Assembly: GCA_963793265.1 (NCBI GenBank)
Contig: CAWBZI010000004.1
Location: 64,001 to 128,000, forward strand
Reading direction: 5' to 3'
DNA: 64,000 nt
From: an uncultured cyanobacterium
GTDB taxonomy: Bacteria > Cyanobacteriota > Cyanobacteriia > Phormidesmidales > Phormidesmidaceae
Positions 49,852 through 58,614 of the stretch are shown here, one piece after another; position 1 is the first letter of the stretch; each line of letters starts with the position of its first letter. The notes under the pieces were generated by a model, which worked only from the letters and a program-made list of their open reading frames with translations, was not told where the DNA came from and searched no databases. The translations under genes were made by a program, and so were the position numbers.

Positions 49852-50454
49852 TTAGAACTTTTCGGCGGCTAGGGTTTTATCGTCATATTTGTAACGACTG
49901 CTGCGGTCGGTGATGCCGTATAGGTTAAAAGAAATGGTGGGTTCGTCGCCGACGGGTGCGACCTGGTGAACGGCGTTACTGGTAAAGCCGATGATGTCGC
50001 CGGGATAGAGCATTTTTTCGCCTGCGGGTGTGATCGCCTCAGAACTGCCCGAGTCTTTAGTCCAAAAAGTATTTTTCTCCTGTCCACCGATGATGGCGAC
50101 AATGCCCCAGGTGGCGTGATTGTGAATGGTAGACGCGCTACCGGGTGCCCACACAACCATCTGCACGGTGATGGGATATTCGTGCTCGCGATAGAGAAAT
50201 TTGACTGACCAGCCGGTTTTTTCAGACGGTGGATCGTGCTCCATTTGCAGCCAGTAGGAGCTGATGAGCAGCTTGCGGACGAGTGGAATGATCGCTTGAA
50301 CTCTCAGGGCGTCATCAGGCTCGCGCTCCAAGATGTCTTCTAGTTCCGTGAGAAATCGATAGAGCCGGTAGGTTTTTTCGGGCGGCTCGTTGTCGATAGT
50401 GCCAAAAGATTTGCACTGTCCATCGTCAGTGACTAGCCAGTTGTGGTTACTCAT
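49852..50454 (-). CDS. Cupin, cysteine-dioxygenase-like protein
   Basis: 'W.PG..STIHNHATWG', 'PGDII.F....HQV', 'SFNLYG'; ATG at 50454 preferred. Confidence 0.8.
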   Translation of the reverse strand: MSNHNWLVTDDGQCKSFGTIDNEPPEKTYRLYRFLTELEDILEREPDDALRVQAIIPLVRKLLISSYWLQMEHDPPSEKTGWSVKFLYREHEYPITVQMVVWAPGSASTIHNHATWGIVAIIGGQEKNTFWTKDSGSSEAITPAGEKMLYPGDIIGFTSNAVHQVAPVGDEPTISFNLYGITDRSSRYKYDDKTLAAEKF

Positions 50455-50525
50455 AAGCGGCTCATACGGGCGGGAAAGGGATGTGAGATAAAGAGAGTGT
50501 TGAATCGGCTTTAGGAGCGATCTAT

Positions 50526-51449
50526 ATGATACGGCCAATGCGTGTGATGTTTGTGCTGTTAGGGCTAGTAGTCGGTTGTCAGGGCGATTTGCTCAGCGTT
50601 GCTCCGGCAATAGAGCCGATGGACGCAGTGGTTTGTGAGTCGCAAGCCGGGTTTGCTTTTGTGGCTGAGGGCGACTTTGTGGCGGGGAGCGATCGCGCTG
50701 AACGTGACTATGCCTATCGTATTACAGCCGAGGGCTTTGCTGATGATCCTGCTGACGTGGCAAGTGCTGAAGCAGGCTATCGCAAAAACGGCTGGTTTGA
50801 CCGAGAGCCTGATCGCCAAACAGTGAATTTGCCTGCTTTTTGCATGAGTGAAAATCTGATTACGAACGTGGACTATCAGGTTTTTGTGCGGGCGACAGGG
50901 CATGAAGTTCCTGGTATTTCGGCAGCAGCCTATCAGCAGCAGGGCTTTTTAGTCCATGACTACAGCGAAGTGGAACCTTATCTGTGGCAGGGCGATCAGT
51001 ATCCAGCAGGTAAAGGGCAGCATCCTGTCGTGCTGGTATCTTATGAGGATGCTTTGGCCTACGCGCAGTGGCGATCGGAGCGGGACGGGGTGACCTACCG
51101 GTTGCCGAGTGATTTGGAGTGGGAGAAGGCGGCGCGAGGGACGGATGGGCGTTATTTTCCTTGGGGAAGTGACTGGCGTAATGAAGCGACTAACTGGGCG
51201 AAGAATGGGCCGACGGGGACGAGTGCGATCGCTACTTATCCCCTTAGCCGCAGCACTTACGGCATCGAAGATATGGCGGGCAACGTCTTTGAATACACCA
51301 GTACCCTCGTCGATAAACCGGTGCCTGAAGTAATTCTGAAAGGCTGCGGATGGGACGACTATCCTGGCTTTTGCCGCGCGGCCTATGAGCACGATCGTCC
51401 GCTAAACTCAAAGCACATTTTGTTTGGCTTTCGCCTAGTGATGGATTGA
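50526..51449 (+). CDS. Formylglycine-generating enzyme (SUMF1/EgtB/PvdO) domain lipoprotein
   Basis: Lipobox 'VVGC', 'HPVV.VS..DA.AYA.W', 'RLP...WEKAARG', 'DMAGNV.E', 'GFRLV'. Confidence 0.9.
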   Translation: MIRPMRVMFVLLGLVVGCQGDLLSVAPAIEPMDAVVCESQAGFAFVAEGDFVAGSDRAERDYAYRITAEGFADDPADVASAEAGYRKNGWFDREPDRQTVNLPAFCMSENLITNVDYQVFVRATGHEVPGISAAAYQQQGFLVHDYSEVEPYLWQGDQYPAGKGQHPVVLVSYEDALAYAQWRSERDGVTYRLPSDLEWEKAARGTDGRYFPWGSDWRNEATNWAKNGPTGTSAIATYPLSRSTYGIEDMAGNVFEYTSTLVDKPVPEVILKGCGWDDYPGFCRAAYEHDRPLNSKHILFGFRLVMD

Positions 51450-51600
51450 CACTCCCACGGCTAAAGCGCATGGGATTCTTCTTTCTACGAGGCGACTTGC
51501 TCAAGCTTTGCCGAAGCAGGGCTGAGTAGCGGTCATCTCTCCAGAAGCGTTTACTCTGACAGGCAGAGTCGTTCCCACATGCCCTGTGGTACGTATCCCA
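51430..51600 (-). ncRNA. Predicted TnpB omega/reRNA (scaffold from the element right end plus flanking guide); 5' limit approximate
   Basis: Position overlapping the tnpB 3' end and right-end hairpin, as established for IS200/IS605 TnpB; expression not shown by sequence. Confidence 0.55.
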
Positions 51601-52819
51601 GCGCTGAGTATATTCAGCGCCGCGTTCTCATCTCTATCGAGCCGACACCCGCAGGCGCAAGCATGAGTCCTGGTCGATAGCGACTTCTTCACGATTGCAC
51701 CGCAGCTAGAACATGCCTGAGAGGTATAGGCAGGATTCACCGCAACTGTGATGCGCCCAAACACTTTCCCGTAGCGCTCTAGCCATGCTCTGAACTGATA
51801 CCAACCCGCGTCAGCTATCGACTTTGCTAAGCAATGGTTCTTCACCATGTTCCTGATGCTCAAGTCTTCGTAGGCGATGAGGTCGTTAGCTCTCACTACG
51901 CACCGCGCCAACTTTACGGCGTGGTCTTTACGCTGCCTACTCACTTTCAAATCAAACCGAGCGAGCTTGTTGATAGCCTTCTTGCGGTTGTTGCTCCCCT
52001 TCTTTGTTCTCGCTAGCCGACGCTGCAACGTGCGGCGCTTAGCTTGCGACTGGCGGTAGAAGCGTGGGTTCTTCTCCTTCTCACCATTGCTATCGGTATA
52101 GAACGATGCCAGGCCCACATCTAAGCCGATAGTTTTACCCGTTGCCTCAAGCGGTTCAGAACGGTCTATCTGTATGCAGAACTGGCAGTAGTAGCCATCA
52201 GCACGGCGCACTAAGCGCACCCGCTTAATTAGTTCAACCGGGTAGTGCGCTAAGTCATGCGTACCCACCAGCTTCAAAAGGCCGATGCCTTTCTTATCGC
52301 TGAAGGTGATCCGCTTCGTACCTGTCAGCTTCCACCCTGACGTTTTGTACTCGACTGAGCGAGCAAACTTCTTGAACTTGGGGTAGCCAACGGGTTTGAT
52401 GCCTTGCTTGCAGTTCTCGTAGAACCGGCTAATAGCAGACCATGCGCGTTCTGCGCTGGCCTGACGCGCCATGCTGTTGAGTTCACCGGCAAAGTCAAAG
52501 TCTTTGGCTAAGACTGCGCACAGCTTATTGAGGTCATATTTACTGACCTTGGGATTGTCCATCCAGTGCCGTAACGCTTTGTTCTGAACAAACTGAGCGG
52601 TGCGGATAGCCTCGTCTATGGCAGCCAATTGGACAGGCTTTGCTTTAACCTTGAACGCTTGAATTAGCATGTTATTATTCTATCGCTCTCAGTACAACAA
52701 AGCTGTAAAGCCTTGTGAACACTGGCTGTTCGTTAACACTCACCTGAGAGATGCCGTCCTACATCCCACGGCTGAAGCACGTGGGTTTTGGCCCCTTCTC
52801 TTAAACTCTCTACGGTTCT
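51446..52819 (-). mobile_element. Non-autonomous IS200/IS605-family element (tnpB only, IS1341-like)
   Basis: Right end GAAT-CCCATGCGCTTTAGCCGTGGG-AGTG-TCAA; left end AAAA-CCCACGTGCTTCAGCCGTGGG; TTTAT immediately outside the inferred left end; no tnpA. Confidence 0.85.
51501..52670 (-). CDS. tnpB: RNA-guided endonuclease TnpB
   Basis: RuvC-I 'GLDVG', RuvC-II 'YEDL', Zn ribbon 'CSSCG...CACGC', RuvC-III 'DRDENAA'. Confidence 0.96.
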   Translation of the reverse strand: MLIQAFKVKAKPVQLAAIDEAIRTAQFVQNKALRHWMDNPKVSKYDLNKLCAVLAKDFDFAGELNSMARQASAERAWSAISRFYENCKQGIKPVGYPKFKKFARSVEYKTSGWKLTGTKRITFSDKKGIGLLKLVGTHDLAHYPVELIKRVRLVRRADGYYCQFCIQIDRSEPLEATGKTIGLDVGLASFYTDSNGEKEKNPRFYRQSQAKRRTLQRRLARTKKGSNNRKKAINKLARFDLKVSRQRKDHAVKLARCVVRANDLIAYEDLSIRNMVKNHCLAKSIADAGWYQFRAWLERYGKVFGRITVAVNPAYTSQACSSCGAIVKKSLSTRTHACACGCRLDRDENAALNILSAGIRTTGHVGTTLPVRVNASGEMTATQPCFGKA

Positions 52820-52825
52820 ATAAAC

Positions 52826-53659
52826 ATGACTGCTCAATCTTTAAACACATCCAGCTCAGATACACTTGCTGAGATTCAAAGACTAATTGAGGTGATTGCG
52901 CAGCTCCGTAACCCTGATGGGGGGTGTCCTTGGGATCTAGCCCAAACGCCGCAGACGCTGACGCCTTATGTGGTTGAAGAAGCTTATGAAGTCGTCGATG
53001 CGATTGAGTCGGGCGATAAAAAGGATATTGCTGAGGAACTGGGAGATTTGTTGTTGCAAGTTGTTCTTCAGGCGCAAATCTTTCAAGAACAAGGTGATTT
53101 TGATTTAGGCGATGTGGCTAGGGGTATTACTGAGAAGATGATTCGCCGTCATCCTCATGTATTTGCAGATGTGAAAGCGGAAACGGCGACGGCTGTGAAT
53201 GCAAACTGGGAACAGATTAAAGCGGCTGAAAAGGCCGATAGTGAAGACCCTAACAAGTTAGCGCCGAAGCTCAAGCGCTATGCTCGGTCGATGCCGCCTT
53301 TAGACGGGGCTATGAAGCTTTCTAGAAAAGCGGCTAGGGCTGGCTTTGAGTGGGAGAGTATTGAAGAGGTTTGGGAGAAGGTGGATGAGGAACTAGCTGA
53401 GTTTCGTCATGCTTTAGCGCACGAGTCGAAGGCGGCGCAAGAAGGTGAGCTAGGAGATGTGTTTTTCTCTTTGATTCAGGTGGCGCGGTGGAAGGGGTTA
53501 GACCCGGCAGCGGCGCTTAGGGGCACCAGTCGAAGGTTTGTGCAGCGATTTGAAGGGGTTGAGGCGCAGACGGATAGGCCGATGCATGAGTATAGTGCAG
53601 CGGCGCTGAATGCGTTTTGGAACAAGGCGAAGCAACAGCTTTTGCAGTCTGAAGAATAG
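52826..53659 (+). CDS. mazG: Nucleoside triphosphate pyrophosphohydrolase MazG
   Basis: 'LR.P.GGCPWD..QT', 'EEAYE', 'EELGDLL.QV', 'RRHPHVF', second MazG domain 'ELGDV'. Confidence 0.96.
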   Translation: MTAQSLNTSSSDTLAEIQRLIEVIAQLRNPDGGCPWDLAQTPQTLTPYVVEEAYEVVDAIESGDKKDIAEELGDLLLQVVLQAQIFQEQGDFDLGDVARGITEKMIRRHPHVFADVKAETATAVNANWEQIKAAEKADSEDPNKLAPKLKRYARSMPPLDGAMKLSRKAARAGFEWESIEEVWEKVDEELAEFRHALAHESKAAQEGELGDVFFSLIQVARWKGLDPAAALRGTSRRFVQRFEGVEAQTDRPMHEYSAAALNAFWNKAKQQLLQSEE

Positions 53660-53667
53660 GTGAAATA

Positions 53668-53817
53668 TGACACCAAGTCCGAAGCGATACCCCTAATTAA
53701 AAGCCGTACCCTTGTGTAGGGGCGTAAGGCTTTACGCCGTCCGAGAATTTAAGGGTTCAAGCAGTCAAGATTTGGTATGAGGTGTCAGCCGGAGGGCATA
53801 AGACCTTATGCCCCTAC
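53668..53817. repeat. Composite intergenic repeat: inverted pair of GTAG-REP-like palindromes overlapping a MITE-like inverted-repeat unit
   Basis: GTAGGGGCGTAAGGCTTTACGCCGTCC (53716-53742, +) and GTAGGGGCATAAGGTCTTATGCCCTCC (53791-53817, -); imperfect IRs TGACACCAAGTC / GATTTGGTATGA. Confidence 0.75.
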
Positions 53818-53862
53818 GATGCCCGCACAGTTGGTTCCGTAGCTGTGGTGCTCGTACGGCCT

Positions 53863-55830
53863 TTATTGAAGGACGGTTTGGCCTCGGTTGGAATCACGCT
53901 TTTCCTGCATTTTTCCTAAGTCGGGGCTGACGCTTGCACGAATAGTGATCGCGCTTATATTATCATGCCCGTTCACCTCATTGCCAAGCTTAATCAGCTC
54001 ATCTATGCCCGTCTCTATCTCTTTTGTTCCTCTCAAAATAGGGTCGAGATGGGTGAGCAAATAATCTTCTACTAGGTTGTTGTCGCTGAGTCCATCGGAG
54101 CACAGTAGCAGTAGCGTGTCTTCTGAAAAAGAGAGATAGGAGACGCTTGGCGCTAAGTCACTGCTGCCTCTAGGGCCGAGCGCCTGAGTAAGCTGATAGG
54201 CATCCGGCCTAGCGTAGGCAATTTCTTTAGGAATGCCGCGCTGTATCTCTCTTTGGCCTACTTCATGATCGGTCGTAATCTGCCTGAGCCCGACGCGCCT
54301 TGTGTGCTGATACAAACGGCTATCACCCACGTGTGCAACCACTGCCTCAGTGCCTTGCAACAATACGATAACAAGTGTCGTGCCCATCCGTTCGTGCCCG
54401 GCCCGAGATTCTTCTTCGTTAATTTTAAAAATAGCCTGATTAGCTAACTTGACTGCTTCTACTAATGTCTCTTTTGAAGGCAGCGGGCTGGGCTCAGCGC
54501 CGGGTAAAGGATGCGGCCAGTGCTCTGTAAAGTAGTCAGAAAGCGTTTTAGCCGCAAGCTGGCTGGCAATTTCGCCGCCATCATGACCGCCCATGCCGTC
54601 GCAAAGGATATAGAGAGAATGCGCCTGGGTGGTTTGGCCCTGATTATTGGCGTACTTTCGAGTGCTGCTCGAAATTAAAAAACAATCTTCGTTGTGATCT
54701 CGCTGACGGCCAACATCCGTACGACCTGCTGATTCAATACTGATGAGCTTCATGGGTAAAACCATCGTGGACTCATCGCTATCGCTGGACTCGTCGATAT
54801 CTGCTAGCAAAATATCGTCTTCTGAAGTGTCGGGCTCGCTATCGGTAGTCAGCGCGGTATCAGGATTAAGCGGGTTAGTGTCTTCCATCGGGTTTGAAGT
54901 TACAGAGGTTGAGCTAGCGGTGTTCAAGGTTCGATATCTGGGGGGAGTTGAGGCTGAAGGCGAACTAACAGGCGGGGTGATGGCTTCGGGGGTGCCTAGT
55001 AAATATTGTCCTATCGTAGCGAGTTCGGTTTGTAGCTGTTCTAGGGTTTGAGCTGAGGTAATGGTGAGGATTATTTTTCGCATCTGCCTGAGCGGCGCGA
55101 TGTTGCCTCGGTGGGGCTGAGCTAATAGGGACTGTAAAAAGGCTTTGAGTTCTAGAAAGGTGGGGCGATTGGCTTGGGGATTGGGGGGAATGAACTGGCG
55201 AATGCGGACGGACTGATCGTGGGTGATGTAGAGATTGTTGGCGAGTAGAAGGCTGGTGCGCCACTGAGGAATTGGGGCGATCGCAGCCCACAGATCAGTC
55301 AATATATAGAGCCAATAGACATGCTGTAGCGGATCTATGGCGGTAGAGAAGGCTTGAATGAGGGTGGATGTGTTGGCTGGTTCAGTGGATGTGATCAGAA
55401 CGGTGGTTTCATCAAACGTCCAAGCGTCATGGAGGGGTGGGATCGCGTTATTGAGCAGGAGATAGGGGTAGGCCGCTGCGGGCAAGTCAGGGGTGGACTG
55501 AAGGACTGATAGGGGCTGGGTGCTCAGGGTCGGTAGCTGCTGCTGTAGGGGCGATCGCAAGTCTGGCTGGGTATCACTTACTAGCGCGATACCCTGGCTT
55601 AACACGGTCAAAACTTCGTATCGTTCAGATCTTTTTGTTGGCCCTTGTTCGGCTTCTACTTCGGGGCCTACTTCGGGGCCTTCTAGGTAAGTTGCTGGGC
55701 TCAGAGCTAGCCGATCGGGTGGCACAATAATGGCCTGTAGCATCGGGCGACTTGATAGCGGTTCGCCGCACTGTTGGCAAAATTTATGACCCGCAGGGTT
55801 GGCGAACTGGCAGCTAGGGCAAATCAGCAT
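53863..55830 (-). CDS. PP2C-family Ser/Thr phosphatase with N-terminal double zinc ribbon
   Basis: 'CPSC...KFCQQCG'; 'TDVGRQR..NED', 'CDGMGGH', 'MGTT', 'HVGDSR', 'CSDGL', 'GHDNI'. Confidence 0.94.
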   Translation of the reverse strand: MLICPSCQFANPAGHKFCQQCGEPLSSRPMLQAIIVPPDRLALSPATYLEGPEVGPEVEAEQGPTKRSERYEVLTVLSQGIALVSDTQPDLRSPLQQQLPTLSTQPLSVLQSTPDLPAAAYPYLLLNNAIPPLHDAWTFDETTVLITSTEPANTSTLIQAFSTAIDPLQHVYWLYILTDLWAAIAPIPQWRTSLLLANNLYITHDQSVRIRQFIPPNPQANRPTFLELKAFLQSLLAQPHRGNIAPLRQMRKIILTITSAQTLEQLQTELATIGQYLLGTPEAITPPVSSPSASTPPRYRTLNTASSTSVTSNPMEDTNPLNPDTALTTDSEPDTSEDDILLADIDESSDSDESTMVLPMKLISIESAGRTDVGRQRDHNEDCFLISSSTRKYANNQGQTTQAHSLYILCDGMGGHDGGEIASQLAAKTLSDYFTEHWPHPLPGAEPSPLPSKETLVEAVKLANQAIFKINEEESRAGHERMGTTLVIVLLQGTEAVVAHVGDSRLYQHTRRVGLRQITTDHEVGQREIQRGIPKEIAYARPDAYQLTQALGPRGSSDLAPSVSYLSFSEDTLLLLCSDGLSDNNLVEDYLLTHLDPILRGTKEIETGIDELIKLGNEVNGHDNISAITIRASVSPDLGKMQEKRDSNRGQTVLQ

Positions 55831-56042
55831 AGGGCTACTCTATAAGGGGCTGGCCAGCGTCTACTGAAAGAAGGCATCGAAGAAGTATCAGAAAAAGCAC
55901 GGTAGGACAGTTGCGGGCGGGCCTACGCAAAGGATTATGCCTGATTATGGGTCGTTGATTCATGATTACAGTCTTTGAGCCATCAATCTATGACTTTCTT
56001 CAATCAATGAGAACCTTGATTATCAATAGCGTTTTGACCACC

Positions 56043-56657
56043 CTAGCGCTTTGGTAGCGATCGCTGCTCCTGCTTACTCAGCTCGCGCCATTCTCCCGGC
56101 TGCAGCCCTTGCAGCGTCAGGACGCAATCTTCTGCTAAATACAGCGCACTCCTTACCAGTCGCAGCGTTGGAAAGCCTACAGCAGCGGTCATTCGACGTA
56201 CCTGCCGGTTTTTACCTTCGGTCAGCGTCATCTCTAGCCAGGCCGTAGGTACTTGCTTACGATAGCGAATGGGTGGGTTTCTGGGCGGCAAGTTGGGTTC
56301 GGCTATGGCTTTTACTTGAGCGGGGCGGGTGCGGTAGCCGCGAATGGTGACGCCTTGCTGAAGCTGAGCGATCGCTGCTGCATCGGGCTGACGTTCTACC
56401 TGCACCCAATACTGCCGCCTGTGCTCAAACTTCGGGTGGCTGAGCCGGTGCTGCACGGGGCCGTTGTTCGTAAGCAGTAAAAGCCCCTCGCTATCGCGAT
56501 CCAGGCGACCGACCGCATAGACATCAGGAACGCTTACAAAACTTTTAAGCGTGAGGCGTTCGGCTTTATCGCCTTTCAAAAAATCGGTCGAGCCCTCATC
56601 TGTGAACTGGCTCAGCACGTTATAAGGCTTGTAAAGCAACAGGTAGCGATAGATCAC
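56043..56657 (-). CDS. rluE: rRNA pseudouridine synthase (RluE-like)
   Basis: 'KPYNVLSQF', 'GRLDRDSEGLL', 'EGKNRQVRRMTAAVGFPTLRL'. Confidence 0.88.
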   Translation of the reverse strand: MIYRYLLLYKPYNVLSQFTDEGSTDFLKGDKAERLTLKSFVSVPDVYAVGRLDRDSEGLLLLTNNGPVQHRLSHPKFEHRRQYWVQVERQPDAAAIAQLQQGVTIRGYRTRPAQVKAIAEPNLPPRNPPIRYRKQVPTAWLEMTLTEGKNRQVRRMTAAVGFPTLRLVRSALYLAEDCVLTLQGLQPGEWRELSKQEQRSLPKR

Positions 56658-56825
56658 GTAAGCAAACTTATAAATTCTTGAACTCTATTCATAAACCACC
56701 CCAAAACAAAAGGCAGTCGATATCCTATTAACTTGCCACCGGTATCACCTGCGGCACGCGACCTACTAAAAACATCTAAGCCCACTACTCGCACTATTAC
56801 TTAAGACGGAGCTGACGCTAGCGCT

Positions 56826-57140
56826 ATGGAAAAGGACAAAAAGTATCGGATGAACTGCACGCTTACGTTTGGTGACATTTACAGCCAAATTATCGTTTGG
56901 CTGATTGTGCTGTTTGTGAGCTTAGCAGCAGCACTCGGGCTCATGGGCGCAAGTCGTCCTATCTATGCGCTGGCTACAGTTGGCCTAATTCTGGTGCTAT
57001 CGCTACCGTTTTTACTCTTTGCCTTTGTCACTACCCTGCTCAATCACATTGAGTTCAATCAGGTGGATGCTTTTGCTGAGTCGGACGCTGACACCATGGT
57101 GACGGCTAAAGCTAAGCAGCTATCCAGGCAGGGTGCTTAA
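56826..57140 (+). CDS. Conserved cyanobacterial two-TM hypothetical protein
   Basis: 'CTLTFGDIY.QIIVW', two hydrophobic helices, GGAG RBS upstream. Confidence 0.75.
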   Translation: MEKDKKYRMNCTLTFGDIYSQIIVWLIVLFVSLAAALGLMGASRPIYALATVGLILVLSLPFLLFAFVTTLLNHIEFNQVDAFAESDADTMVTAKAKQLSRQGA

Positions 57141-57141
57141 G

Positions 57142-57179
57142 GTTTCAAGCCTAGCGTTTTTAGCATATGGGCTTGAAAC
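57142..57179. terminator. Hairpin between convergent genes
   Basis: GTTTCAAGCC / GGCTTGAAAC inverted repeat directly after the stop codon. Confidence 0.55.
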
Positions 57180-57198
57180 GCCAGGCTTTGCAGATTTC

Positions 57199-58098
57199 CT
57201 ACTCAGCCGGTGGCGCGACAGGTGACTCACCTGAAGGCGTCTCAGCCGGTTCAGAAGATTCAGCGTCTCCGGCGGGTGCCGGGGGCGCTGTTTTTTCGCG
57301 AATGAGCTGCTGTACGCCGTCTTTGTACTGCGTTGGCGCTAGGGCTAAGGCTTCATCGAACAGCGTTTGTGCGCCTGCATCGTCGCCGGTTTCTGTGAGC
57401 ACAAGAGCTTTGGCTAGCGTTGGGCGGAAGTCAGGCTGAGCGGGGGATGCGGTTTTGGCGTTCGCGATCGCCTCGTCATACATTTTCAGCGCTTCGTCAT
57501 ACTTCTTTTGCTCTACAAACACCTGCCCGAGCAGCAGCTTCACCGATAGCTGATCGACGCTGCCCGGCGAAAGCTCATTGGTTTGTTCGGCGGTGGCTAA
57601 TGTATCTCTTAACAGGCCCACAGCGGCTTCTGTACGCTCCTGGCTAATCAGCAAGGCAACTAGCCCTTCGAGCGCGGGCACGTTGCCTGGATTGCTAGTG
57701 AGCACCCGGCGATAAATCTGTGCGGCTCCCTCTAAGTCCTCTAGCTGCTGCTTGGTTTGAGCTAGGGCAATAGAATATTCCGGCGTGTTGGGATTGAGGT
57801 TAGCTAATCGCTCTAGAGGATCAACCGTTCCGGCCAAGTCGCCTAGCTGAATCTGGGCCTCAATAATGCCAATTAGCGCCGTTTGGTTGTCAGGTTCGCG
57901 CTCTAGCACGGCCTTATAGCCATCAATTCGGCCCTGTAGCTGCTGGGTTTGATCGGGGGTGTCTTGGGCAGTAGCAGCGCTGTTTCGGCCAGAAGAACGT
58001 CCACTGTTAAAAAGGCCAACAAAGCCCACCGCGACAAACGCTCCTACGGCCAGTATCAGCACGCCTCTTACTAGCCAGCTATCCTTCTTAAAAGCCAC
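57199..58098 (-). CDS. Membrane-anchored TPR protein
   Basis: N-terminal TM, TPR units ('VLEREPDNQTAL', 'DFRP.LAKA'). Confidence 0.85.
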   Translation of the reverse strand: MAFKKDSWLVRGVLILAVGAFVAVGFVGLFNSGRSSGRNSAATAQDTPDQTQQLQGRIDGYKAVLEREPDNQTALIGIIEAQIQLGDLAGTVDPLERLANLNPNTPEYSIALAQTKQQLEDLEGAAQIYRRVLTSNPGNVPALEGLVALLISQERTEAAVGLLRDTLATAEQTNELSPGSVDQLSVKLLLGQVFVEQKKYDEALKMYDEAIANAKTASPAQPDFRPTLAKALVLTETGDDAGAQTLFDEALALAPTQYKDGVQQLIREKTAPPAPAGDAESSEPAETPSGESPVAPPAE

Positions 58099-58614
58099 AA
58101 CGCTCTCCCAGTTTTGCTACGAGTTTTAATCATCAAAATATCTTGCTCATAGTAACCTTAACGCCCCCCTTATCAACGTTGGAATCGGCTTTAGGATGCT
58201 TTTGCAAGTGGCGGCCCAGTAGCGACTCAGCGACGATCTAGCCAAAAAAGTACGGATCTTCGGCTGTATGGATGAACTATTAGTCACGAGATTTGATGGG
58301 TTGAATCGAGGCTTTGACTGCGATAAAACTAATTTTTTTGATTTTTTTTGCAGCAGGTGTCCCTTTTTAACAAGAACCGTGAACTCTCAGTGATGAAGGT
58401 CAGCGGCCTACGTTAGCCTTGATGAGCGGCTTAGGGCATATGTCTTAGCTTTTATAAAAACTAACTATGAACCTTTTAAGAAAGTATCTGATGCCATAAA
58501 CCTAATTTGGTGCTGATGCTACTCTAGTTTTTAAGTCACTATCAAAGCCGTTATCTAATACCGTTTGTCGCTTTTCACATCAGAGTCGCAGGTACAGTTT
58601 CAGGAGTTTGAGGA

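Noticed and set aside
51501..52670. TnpB as a nuclease-dead regulator (TldR) or Cas12 effector
   Set aside because: All three RuvC acidic residues are present, IS ends are intact and there is no CRISPR array
52669..52872. 67-aa ORF divergent from tnpB as a possible tnpA
   Set aside because: No HUH or catalytic Tyr motif; it reads through the left-end hairpin and into mazG
58485..58530. GCCATAAACC...GCTGATG resembling a fluoride riboswitch
   Set aside because: The 5' GGNGATGG pseudoknot segment is missing and the downstream gene is not fluoride-related
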